Positions 1-7,497 of a stretch of DNA of 29,993 nt are shown here, piece by piece (position 1 is the stretch's first letter; each line of letters begins with the position of its first letter). The translations under genes were made by a program, and so were the position numbers. The stretch covers positions 1 through 29,993 of the forward strand of contig CAZMLP010000222.1 of the NCBI GenBank assembly GCA_964566745.1. The letters run 5' to 3'. Source of the DNA: an uncultured Verrucomicrobiota bacterium (lineage in GTDB: Bacteria; Verrucomicrobiota; Verrucomicrobiia; Limisphaerales; CAZMLP01). The notes beneath the pieces are model-generated. The model did no database searches and was not told the origin of the DNA. It worked only from the letters and a program-made list of their open reading frames with translations.

Positions 1-1097
1 GCGACGCCCGAGGCATTGTCCAACGCGCCATTGAAAATCTGGTCACCGGTCAATTTTGGATCACGCCCCAAATGATCCCAATGCGCGGTGTAAACGATAT
101 ATTCGTCCCGCAGTTTCGGGTCCGATCCTTCAATTTTCGCGATCACGTTGCGCGAGCGCACATCGCGATTCGTGTTATGCACGTGAAAATTCACCTTTGC
201 GCCGAGCGGGACAGGCCGGAAGTCTTTGCGCGCGGCGGAACGTTTCAGCTCGTCGAAATCCCTGCCGCACGCGCCAAAAAGCTTCTTGGCCTGGTCGAAA
301 CTGATCCACGATGCGATCGACACCGGCGGTTTGCCACTGAGGGGCAAGTCGAAATTCTCGCGGCTGCGGCTGTTGATAATGACGAAATAAGGATAACCCG
401 CCGGGCCGGTCTCGTGGATGATGATTGCGCCTGCAGCCCCTTTCTCCGCCGCGATTTCATATTTGTATGTCCAGCGACCGTAGTAGGTCATCGCGGAGCC
501 CTTGAAGACTTTGGAATCCAGCTTGCCGGGATTGGCCGGATCGGGAACCGGCGGATCGTTCACAAGCATGAGGATCGTTTTGCCGCGCACGTCCACTCCC
601 TTGTAATCATCCCATCCATATTCCGGCGCGACCACGCCATAACCCACAAACACCACCTCGCTCCCCTTCACGTCCGTCTCCGGCTCAAGTCGCGGCGACC
701 ACGCCACGTAATCCTGCGGGAACTGCATCTCCATTGGCTTGCCGCCCGCCTCGAAGCTCGCGGTGCTCTCCGCCTTGAACCCGACCATTGGCACCTGCTG
801 GATGTACGTGCCATCCGGGTTGCCCGGTTTCAGGCCAAGCCTCTTGAACTGGTCCACGAGGTAATTGACGGTCAATTCCTCGCCCTTGCTGCCGGGCGCG
901 CGCCCCTCAAACTCGTCCGACGCGAGCACCTTGATCGGCGCCAGCAGCTCCTCGCCGGCGAACGCCGGCGCGGGGGGCAGTGGCAACTCCAGCACGCGCG
1001 CATGCAAATCCGGCGCGCGGGAAACCAGCAGAATCGTGGCGGTGATGAGCAGCGCGGCGCGAGCGACGGCGGACTTTGCGAAAATGGCCTGTTTCAT
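1..1097 (-). CDS. M28 family metallopeptidase with PA domain; runs off the left edge of the window
   Basis: Manual minus-strand translation from ATG at 1097: [26 protein letters not shown] (signal-like), [39 protein letters not shown] (PA domain), [24 protein letters not shown] (Zn-ligand motifs). Absent from the ORF track because its stop lies outside the window. Confidence 0.9.
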   Translation of the reverse strand, partial: MKQAIFAKSAVARAALLITATILLVSRAPDLHARVLELPLPPAPAFAGEELLAPIKVLASDEFEGRAPGSKGEELTVNYLVDQFKRLGLKPGNPDGTYIQQVPMVGFKAESTASFEAGGKPMEMQFPQDYVAWSPRLEPETDVKGSEVVFVGYGVVAPEYGWDDYKGVDVRGKTILMLVNDPPVPDPANPGKLDSKVFKGSAMTYYGRWTYKYEIAAEKGAAGAIIIHETGPAGYPYFVIINSRSRENFDLPLSGKPPVSIASWISFDQAKKLFGACGRDFDELKRSAARKDFRPVPLGAKVNFHVHNTNRDVRSRNVIAKIEGSDPKLRDEYIVYTAHWDHLGRDPKLTGDQIFNGALDNASGV

Positions 1098-1260
1098 AGT
1101 CGGATCGAAATCAACCCGGCGCGACGGAATCATTTTCGCCGGGCTGTCGGCAAAATAAGGGTGCCGGCGGAAAGTTACAACCGTGGAGCGAATGGAAACG
1201 GTACCGCTGACACTGCGAGCCTTGGTTTTACGACTCCCCGGGGTTTCGCTGGACGAAATT

Positions 1261-1285
1261 ACAAAATCTGAGAATCTGATTTTGT
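1261..1285. promoter_or_regulatory. Putative TA autoregulation operator (inverted repeat)
   Basis: ACAAAATC-N9-GATTTTGT, perfect 8-bp arms, overlapping the antitoxin GTG start. Confidence 0.5.
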
Positions 1286-1556
1286 GAAAGAGAAAGCCAT
1301 CACCGTGACCGAGGCGGCCCGAAATTTCGCGGACTGTGTCAATCGCGCCCATTATCAGGACGTCACTTTTGTCTTGCTCAAAAACGGGGTCCCCTTCGCC
1401 CGTCTCGGCCCGGACCGTGAAAAAATCTGCACCGGCCACGATCTCGCGCTTGTGCTGGCAAAATATGACTTGCCCGCCGACGAGGCCAAAGCATGGGCGC
1501 GGGACCTCCAGGCGGCCCGGAAGAACCTCAAAGCCCCGGCCGGCAAATGGCAATAA
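1284..1556 (+). CDS. Phd/YefM-family type II antitoxin
   Basis: [38 protein letters not shown] fits the Phd/YefM N-terminal pattern; 90 aa; overlaps the downstream PIN gene by 10 nt. Confidence 0.85.
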   Translation: MKEKAITVTEAARNFADCVNRAHYQDVTFVLLKNGVPFARLGPDREKICTGHDLALVLAKYDLPADEAKAWARDLQAARKNLKAPAGKWQ

Positions 1557-1948
1557 TTCTCGATGCGGACGTGGTTATTCGTGGTGAGAAAGGAACATTC
1601 AATTTGGCGGGTTGGGTGGCCACCCGGCCCAACGAGTCATTCGCGGTGGCGACCATCACCGTCGCGGAGTTGTGGCATGGAGTTGAACGGGCAACCGGCG
1701 TCAAATAGTCGAGAAGGGCGGGGTATCTCGAAGCTTTCCTGGCGTCCGTGCCAATTCTTCCCTACACCGGGCAGACCGCTTACGAGCACGCCCGAATTTG
1801 GAGCCAACTGGCTGCCGCCGGGAAAATGATCGGCTATTATGATGTGATCGTGGCCGCGACCGCGTTGGAACGGGGCGACGTGGTGGCAACCTTCAATATT
1901 CGTCATTTCAACTCGATCAGCGGGCTCAAAGTGATTGAACCCGGGTGA
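1547..1948 (+). pseudogene. vapC: VapC/PIN-domain toxin interrupted by an in-frame TAG at 1706-1708 (codon 54 of 133)
   Basis: [11 protein letters not shown]...ITVAELWHGVERATGVK*SRRAGYLEAFLASVPILPY...MIGYYDVIVAATALERGDVVATFNIRHF. PIN acidic motifs lie on both sides of the stop in one frame. Confidence 0.85.
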
Positions 1949-2003
1949 CCGGATCTTTTTGCATGTTCTCCTCCGGCGTTGATGGAGCACTGTCAAAAAC
2001 CAC

Positions 2004-2032
2004 TTGCGGCGGGCGGGGTCGTGGGGCAGATT
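2004..2032 (+). promoter_or_regulatory. Possible sigma70 promoter of tRNA-Leu
   Basis: TTGCGG-N17-CAGATT followed by a GC-rich discriminator-like stretch, 12 nt before the tRNA. Confidence 0.3.
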
Positions 2033-2044
2033 TGCGGCCCGGTT

Positions 2045-2129
2045 GCGCTCGTGGTGGAATTGGCAGACACGCTACTTTGAGGTGGTAGTGGGGTAACCCG
2101 TGCAGGTTCAAGTCCTGCCGAGCGCACCA
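2045..2129 (+). tRNA. tRNA-Leu(GAG)
   Basis: Acceptor stem GCGCTCG/CGAGCGC; D-loop TGGTGGAATTGGCAGACAC; anticodon arm CTACT-TTGAGGT-GGTAG; long variable arm; T-loop GGTTCAAGTCC; encoded CCA; 85 nt. Confidence 0.97.
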
Positions 2130-2435
2130 AATCCTTCGCTGAAAAATTCACAGAACACCGTCGCGATTCCGTGGCGGCGAGATCCCCGAATTCCGCGCGG
2201 TTTTATGCAAAGAAACTTGCACAATGACACCCACTTTAGTGCGCGCCGGTTCCTGCCGATAAAAAACGCATATCCGCCCTGCCCGCCCGTTGGAACGCCA
2301 TTGGCGGGCACGGGGCGCAGGGGGGCAGGCCAGGGCTGCGCGCCGGGAATTCGCGGGCCCGGGGTTGGCATCCCATTTGCAGGGCCTGTTCGCATGAACG
2401 CGGAAAGCGGAAACATTGTTAATTTTGAAAATCGT

Positions 2436-2753
2436 ATGAATTTGCCGAGCGAAACCACCCACTTGGAATGGCTGCAAACCGGCGCCCTCGCGCTGCTCGT
2501 GGACCGCGCGGCGCCCATGACCATCGAGGAAATCGCCGCGACGTTAAGCCAGCCGGTTGATTCCGTTCGCGTTTATTGCGACCTCCTTTGGGCCGAGGGC
2601 ATGATCGAGGCATGCAACTTCCTCACCGATTTGCCGGCGGATGACTCCGTCAAGTTCGTGGCCACAAAGCGGGGCCAGGCCGCGGCGCTGGCTTATTTTC
2701 TTCCGCCTTTCACGCCGCTGTTCTCCGGAGCGCAAGCAGAGTTGCGGGCGTAG
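2436..2753 (+). CDS. Hypothetical protein, possible winged-helix DNA-binding domain
   Basis: ALLVDRAAPMTIEEIAATLSQPVDSVRVYCDLLWAEGMIE...VATKRGQ resembles a wHTH pattern; start uncertain (ATG 2436 within ORF 2100..2753). Confidence 0.5.
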   Translation: MNLPSETTHLEWLQTGALALLVDRAAPMTIEEIAATLSQPVDSVRVYCDLLWAEGMIEACNFLTDLPADDSVKFVATKRGQAAALAYFLPPFTPLFSGAQAELRA

Positions 2754-2849
2754 CCGCTCGGCGGCAAATTGCCCGGGAGAAGCGTCGCGAAAGCGATGCC
2801 CCTCCCCGCCACATCCGAGTCGGCCTCGGCGGCAGGATCGCCCGCGGTC

Positions 2850-3331
2850 TTATTTCGTCGCCGGAAAGTCCCGCTGGAGCACCTCGGCGAAATGCAGGAG
2901 ACAGCTTTCCCATCCTTCGAAGTGCCGATCCCTTGATTCCGCACTGGCAAACCGCTCTTGGGTAAGCACGACATTTGTGACGCTGCCCAGCTCTTGAAAC
3001 TCCACAGTCACCAATGACTCCGGCCCTGTCTTTCCCGTCGCGTCATCCTCCACCCCGCCCAGGTGAAGACCAGCCGCTCGGGCTTGCGCACCTCGCGATA
3101 GACACCAAGGGCGGTCAGCAACTCGCCGTCCGGCTGGCGCATCTGGATCGAGTACGCCCCGCCGGGGCGGAGGTCCGCCTCCGCGTGCTGCGGCGAGAAC
3201 TCGGCCGGGCAAAACCAGGTGCGCATGCGCTCCGGCTTGGTCCAAAAATCAAAGACGACCTCGCGCGGGGCGTTGAAGCCCCGGCGGACTTGCAGGGAGA
3301 TGTTTTCGGCGTCGGCGTTTTGAGTGGTCAT
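2850..3331 (-). pseudogene. SRPBCC/AHSA1 (START-like) domain protein with a frameshift near 3050-3060
   Basis: N-half SLQVRRGFNAPREVVFDFWTKPERMRTWFCP...PERLVFTW (ORF 3008..3331) and C-half ESLVTVEFQELGSVTNVVLTQERF...HFEGWESCLLHF (ORF 2850..3245) are in different frames; span 482 nt, one base short of a multiple of 3. Confidence 0.85.
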
Positions 3332-3675
3332 GATGATTTGTCTTTCTGTTGAAATTTCTCCAATTCGTCGGCGAGGGCGTCAAAGCGCTCCTCCCAAAAC
3401 CTTTGCTGCTCGGTGATCCACGCGCGGGCCTCGTCGAACGGCCCAGGCAACAGGCGAACGCGGCGAACGCGCCCTTGCTTCGTGCCCTCGATCAGCCCGG
3501 CGCGCTCCAGCACACCAAGGTGCTTGTGGATGGCCGGGAGCGACATGCGGAGTGGCCCCGCCAACTCGCTCACCGAGGCATCTCCGCGCGAAAGCCGCGC
3601 GATCATGGCCCGCCGCTTGGCGTCACCCAAGGCGCCGAAGACCAGATCCAAAGCTTCCGCCGAACACTTAACCAT
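3328..3675 (-). CDS. ArsR/SmtB-family transcriptional regulator
   Basis: LDLVFGALGDAKRRAMIARL...SVSELAGPLRMSLPAIHKHLGVLERAGLI...GRVR...QRFWEERFDAL; 4-nt overlap with SRPBCC, a common pairing. Confidence 0.93.
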   Translation of the reverse strand: MVKCSAEALDLVFGALGDAKRRAMIARLSRGDASVSELAGPLRMSLPAIHKHLGVLERAGLIEGTKQGRVRRVRLLPGPFDEARAWITEQQRFWEERFDALADELEKFQQKDKSS

Positions 3676-3710
3676 TCGGTAAAGTATTGATGCGAACGGA
3701 AGATTGTCAA
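3666..3710 (-). promoter_or_regulatory. arsR promoter with overlapping palindromic operator
   Basis: Minus strand TTGACA(3710-3705)-N18-TACTTT(3686-3681), with ATG 5 nt later; palindrome ACTTAACC-ATTC-GGTAAAGT (3666-3685) spans the start codon. Confidence 0.65.
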
Positions 3711-3880
3711 GGCGGGCATTCTGCCGAACAAAAAACGAGGAGAGAGGGTTGTGGTTTTGAGACCGGTGGCGTATAGTTACAGGTGGGAATCGAACTTCAG
3801 AGGAGATGAAGGCGCGACAAAATCCGATCACAAGTTTCCGCCGCCGCGAGGCTACCTTGGGCGCGACCGGCGTGGTTGCG

Positions 3881-4258
3881 ATCAACGGAATTCAGGGTGA
3901 TTCAAGGCATGCCAGAAAGCGTCGAACAGCCTTCCCCATTTCCCAAGGGGCCAGCAGCAAATTTGAAATCAAACCCCATCAAGGTAAATCAAGCCATGCG
4001 AACGATCAGAGGGATGGATTGGCCAACTGTCGCAAAAGGCCCCCAGCGAGTCTGCTTCCGGGTGGCGCAGGCCTCTGGCCTGCCCGTTCGGGCGTCTCGC
4101 CCGAACGCCCTCTCAAAGCGCCTTTTTGGCGAGACTGCCCATCACGTCATTCCGATCAACCCAATTCAAGGGTTGAAGATGCCGCCGGGAACAACCAGCG
4201 GGCGGAAAATGGAAGCCCGCAAAGGCCGTTCCAGCCCAATCAAACCCGATCAAGGCAA
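3881..4258. repeat. Four clusters of 10-bp-periodic (A/T)TCAA-type units
   Basis: 3881 ATCAACGGAA TTCAGGGTGA TTCAAGGCAT; 3968 ATCAAACCCC ATCAAGGTAA ATCAAGCCAT; 4155 ATCAACCCAA TTCAAGGGTT; 4229 TTCCAGCCCA ATCAAACCCG ATCAAGGCAA. Confidence 0.7.
4062..4107 (+). repeat. REP-like double hairpin with GTGG 5' tetranucleotide
   Basis: GTGG then GCAGGCC-TCT-GGCCTGC and CGTTCGGGCG-TCT-CGCCCGAACG; both stems perfect. Confidence 0.6.
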
Positions 4259-4339
4259 GGTGATGCGCATGCGGAATCCGCGACGGGACAAATTGTCCCA
4301 CAAGTAGCCGTCCGAGCCTCGTGGCTCCGGGATAACGGT

Positions 4340-4368
4340 TTGACTTGAATTGTAACGAAACGTACATT
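4340..4368 (+). promoter_or_regulatory. sigma70 promoter of the polyprenyl synthase operon
   Basis: TTGACT-N17-TACATT, with ATG 8 nt downstream. Confidence 0.6.
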
Positions 4369-4376
4369 CGCAAGGC

Positions 4377-5429
4377 ATGTTGGCAGCGACCACAACGGGG
4401 AACGCACCGGTTGAGCAAACGCCGTCCGCGGATCATTCCACAAAATGGCGACATATTGTGGAGCCGGTGGAACCGTTCCTGGAGGCGGTCGCCAGCCAAT
4501 TGCTCGATCAGGTCACAGCCTTCGACCCCGAGATCGCCCCCTACGCCCAATACGCGCTGGCCAGCCAGGGCAAGCAACTCCGTCCCGCCTTGGTGGGACT
4601 GAGCGGGATGTGCGTCGGCGAGCTGAACCACAATTCGGCGACAGTGGCGGTGATCATTGAGATGGTGCATCTCGCCACGTTGGTGCATGACGACATCATG
4701 GACGAGGCGGAGATGCGCCGGTGTCGGCCCACATTGGCGGCCAATTGGGGCAGCGAGATTTCCGTTTTGTTGGGAGATTGCCTTTTCGCCCACGCTTTGA
4801 AGATGTCGGCGAGCTTTCCGACCCCGGAGATCTGCCGGTCGGTCGCGTCGGCGACCAATACTGTATGCTCAGGCGAAATCCTCCAAAATCACCGCTGCTT
4901 GAATTTCGATATGCCGCGCGCCGATTACTTTAAGGTTATCGGAATGAAAACGGCGGAGCTTTTCGCGCTCTCTTGCGACCTTGGGTCGTGGTTAAGCGGG
5001 GCAGCCCCGGCCGAGCGCGCCGCGCTGCGCCAATACGGCCAGGCACTGGGAACGGCCTACCAAATTTACGACGATTGCGTGGATGTCTTCGGCACCGAGA
5101 GGGTGGCTGGCAAGTCTTTGGGCACGGATTTGGCGAACGGCAAGCTAACACTGCCGGTGTTGGTGGCATTGGAACGGGGCGACACGAACGAACGAGCGCG
5201 CTTGCGTGATTTAATCAGCTCTTGGAAGCCGGCCAACCTGCTGCCGGTCGTGGCGATTCTCGAACGTTGCGACGCCTTGGGAGAATCGCGCCGGATCATC
5301 CAACAATATTTGAACACGGCGCGGCATGCGCTGTCAGTATTGCCGGAATCAGAAGGGCGGCAAGCGCTTGCGGCGTTGGCCGGGTTTTTGGCCCGGCAAA
5401 CAGAAACGATGGGCGCTTCCGCGTCGTGA
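4377..5429 (+). CDS. ispB: Long-chain trans-polyprenyl diphosphate synthase (IspB/HepT-like)
   Basis: GKQLRP, EMVHLATLVHDDIMDEAEMRR (first Asp-rich motif, Ala at -5 consistent with long chain), YQIYDDCVD, GKSLGTDLANGKLTLP; exact chain length unknown. Confidence 0.88.
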   Translation: MLAATTTGNAPVEQTPSADHSTKWRHIVEPVEPFLEAVASQLLDQVTAFDPEIAPYAQYALASQGKQLRPALVGLSGMCVGELNHNSATVAVIIEMVHLATLVHDDIMDEAEMRRCRPTLAANWGSEISVLLGDCLFAHALKMSASFPTPEICRSVASATNTVCSGEILQNHRCLNFDMPRADYFKVIGMKTAELFALSCDLGSWLSGAAPAERAALRQYGQALGTAYQIYDDCVDVFGTERVAGKSLGTDLANGKLTLPVLVALERGDTNERARLRDLISSWKPANLLPVVAILERCDALGESRRIIQQYLNTARHALSVLPESEGRQALAALAGFLARQTETMGASAS

Positions 5430-5440
5430 CCAAAAAGAGT

Positions 5441-6064
5441 ATGCTCAACACGGTTAGCGAGCCAGTGGCGATGTCGGCTCCCGCGCTCCGGCAGGCGGAT
5501 GACCGTGACTTGACGCGCGCTGCGCAGGGCGGGGATTTGGCGGCGTATGACGAGCTGGTGCGGCGCTACCAGGAGCGGGTGTACGCCACGACTTACCACA
5601 TGACGTCCAATCACGAGGACGCCAGTGACCTGACCCAAGAGGCCTTCGTCAAAGCCTTCCACTCGCTGAAAAGTTTCAAGGGCGACTCCAGTTTCTTCAC
5701 GTGGGTTTACCGGATCGCGGTGAACAAAACCATCAACTTCCTGAAGCAGCGGAAGAACCGGAATTTGATGAGTTTGAACGACCTCGATTTCAACGCCGAG
5801 CACGATCCGGATCTGGTCTCGCTGATCTCGGACAAGACGCCGCGTCGCGAGGTCAATCTCTCCGAGCTGCAGGCCAGTTTGAACGCGGCCATGTTGAAAT
5901 TGTCAGATGTGCATCGCCTCGTGGTCACCCTGCATGACGTGCAGGGTCTCTCGCACGAGGAAATTGGCCGGATCATGGATTGCAACACGGGAACGGTGCG
6001 GTCGCGGTTGTTCTACGCGCGGCAGCAATTGCAGGCGCACTTGGCAGATTACCTGAAGCCATGA
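5441..6064 (+). CDS. ECF (sigma24-type) RNA polymerase sigma factor
   Basis: GDLAAYDELVRRYQERVY, DASDLTQEAFVKAF, SFFTWVYRIAVN (region 2); LSHEEIGRIMDCNTGTVRSRLFYARQQL (region 4). Confidence 0.93.
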   Translation: MLNTVSEPVAMSAPALRQADDRDLTRAAQGGDLAAYDELVRRYQERVYATTYHMTSNHEDASDLTQEAFVKAFHSLKSFKGDSSFFTWVYRIAVNKTINFLKQRKNRNLMSLNDLDFNAEHDPDLVSLISDKTPRREVNLSELQASLNAAMLKLSDVHRLVVTLHDVQGLSHEEIGRIMDCNTGTVRSRLFYARQQLQAHLADYLKP

Positions 6065-6558
6065 CGAACCTGACGGACGAAAGCCACGAGCAGATCGAGA
6101 AACTTCTTAGCTGGAAGCGGCACGAAAAGCCGCCGCCCGGTTATTTCAACCGTCTCTCCGCCCAAATCATGGCGCGAGTGGAGGCGGAGGAACTGGCCGC
6201 GCAGGAGAATTGGTGGCAATGGCTCGCCAGCACTTTCGCGAAACCGGCGGTGGCCTGCGCCTACGGCATGGGCTTGGGCGCGATGCTCGTGTTCGGCTTG
6301 AATTCCACCCAAGCGGCGAAGAACCAGCGTCCGGTCGAGCCAGGCGAGGCGCCGCCTTCCCCCGCGCCCTCCCCGTGGCAAACCGCCGAGTCAATGCAAG
6401 AGGGCAATTTCGTTCCAACCCGCCTGGCCAAAAGCAAGCTCGGCGTCCCGAAAATGCCGGAGTCCAGCCTCATCCCCGTGATTGATTCCGGCCCGCCGAG
6501 CTTCCTGATGGGAGGCGGTGGCCTGCAAGTGGAGATGGCGAATTTTACTTTCCGTTGA
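6061..6558 (+). CDS. Putative anti-sigma factor (single hydrophobic segment)
   Basis: ATGA overlap with the sigma gene; LLSWKRHEKPPPGYFNRLSAQIMARV N-terminus, hydrophobic AVACAYGMGLGAMLVFGL, Pro/Ser-rich C-terminus; function inferred from position. Confidence 0.6.
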   Translation: MTNLTDESHEQIEKLLSWKRHEKPPPGYFNRLSAQIMARVEAEELAAQENWWQWLASTFAKPAVACAYGMGLGAMLVFGLNSTQAAKNQRPVEPGEAPPSPAPSPWQTAESMQEGNFVPTRLAKSKLGVPKMPESSLIPVIDSGPPSFLMGGGGLQVEMANFTFR

Positions 6559-6645
6559 GCCGCCGGGGGCTTTCCGCTTTCCCGACCGGCTTCCTTTCCG
6601 CATCGCGACTCGACTTGCCCGCTCCACTTCTGGCAGGCTCGGGAC

Positions 6646-7251
6646 GTGGGTATTAGCGTAAAACAGTTCGCCGAGCTTCAGAAGCGGGTGGCCGGTCCCA
6701 AGCGCGGAGCCGTGCCGGTCCACACCGCCTCGCACCAACCGCGCGCGGCCCACCAGATCATCCTTGGCATTGACCCCTCCTTGCGCGGCACCGGCTACGG
6801 AGTTGTCCGCGCCAGCGGCAAGGAGTTGACCGCCATTGCCCATGGCACCATTTCGTGCCCGGCCGGCTGGGAACGTTCCCGCTGCCTGGTGCGCATCTAC
6901 GAGACGTTGCGCGATGTGGCAAGGCAATGTCACCCGACAGTTTGCGCGGTGGAGGGTTTGTTCTTCGCGCAGAACTTGCAGACCGCCCTGCTGATGGGCG
7001 AGGCGCGCGGCGCGGCGCTGGTCGCGGCGGCCGAGGCGGGCCTGGAAATTTATGAATTGGCCCCGCGCAAGGTAAAGCAGGCCATCGTCGGTTACGGGGC
7101 GGCGCAAAAGCTTGCTGTGGCCAAGATGGTCCAGCGCATGTTGCACTTGGCGGCCCCGCCTGATCCCGACGCCGCCGACGCGCTGGCGCTCGCGCTCGCT
7201 CACGCGCAAGAGCAAAGCCGCTACAGCCTCAGCCCGCCCAAACGCATCTGA
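6646..7251 (+). CDS. ruvC: Holliday junction resolvase RuvC
   Basis: IILGIDPSLRGTGYGVV, CAVEGLFFAQN, GEARGA, PRKVKQAIVGYGAAQK, DAADALALAL. Confidence 0.95.
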   Translation: MGISVKQFAELQKRVAGPKRGAVPVHTASHQPRAAHQIILGIDPSLRGTGYGVVRASGKELTAIAHGTISCPAGWERSRCLVRIYETLRDVARQCHPTVCAVEGLFFAQNLQTALLMGEARGAALVAAAEAGLEIYELAPRKVKQAIVGYGAAQKLAVAKMVQRMLHLAAPPDPDAADALALALAHAQEQSRYSLSPPKRI

Positions 7252-7278
7252 TGCCATTGCCTTTTACCCGAACACCCC

Positions 7279-7470
7279 ATGACCACCTCCCTTCCTCTTG
7301 CCGTGCTGGCTTTGGCGCTCTTGGGATTTGGAGCATGGGTGCTTATCGAACTGCTCCGAAATCTTTCTGGAGATTCAAACCGCAATCCAGATGACGCCTC
7401 CGAGATGATTGATCCAATTGATGTGGCAAGCTCGGGCATTCCCTCCGGACGGGACGACTCATCGCACTGA
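7279..7470 (+). CDS. Small single-TM hypothetical protein
   Basis: 63 aa; hydrophobic N-terminus LPLAVLALALLGFGAWVLI and acidic Ser-rich tail; N-terminus aligns with the next ORF. Confidence 0.55.
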   Translation: MTTSLPLAVLALALLGFGAWVLIELLRNLSGDSNRNPDDASEMIDPIDVASSGIPSGRDDSSH

Positions 7471-7497
7471 TCGCAATTCCTGGTTATAACACGCGTC

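Noticed and set aside
72-1271. 399-aa plus-strand ORF
   Set aside because: Antisense shadow of the M28 peptidase; no recognisable motifs
2251-2259. TCCTGCCGA repeat of the tRNA 3' region (2113-2121) as a possible att site
   Set aside because: Only 9 bp, no integrase nearby, and compatible with chance
2409-2436. GGAAAC-N18-CGTA as a second ECF promoter
   Set aside because: Spacer differs from the 9506 site and the -10 would overlap the proposed start codon
3782-3795. GGTGGGAATCGAAC, resembling a reversed tRNA T-arm
   Set aside because: The T-stem does not pair and no cloverleaf can be built
3881-4258. CRISPR array
   Set aside because: Units are 10 bp and degenerate, spacing is irregular, and there are no cas genes
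3876-4307. 143-aa ORF across the repeat region
   Set aside because: TTG start, no motif, and it runs through a REP-like hairpin; kept only as an alternative explanation for the repeats
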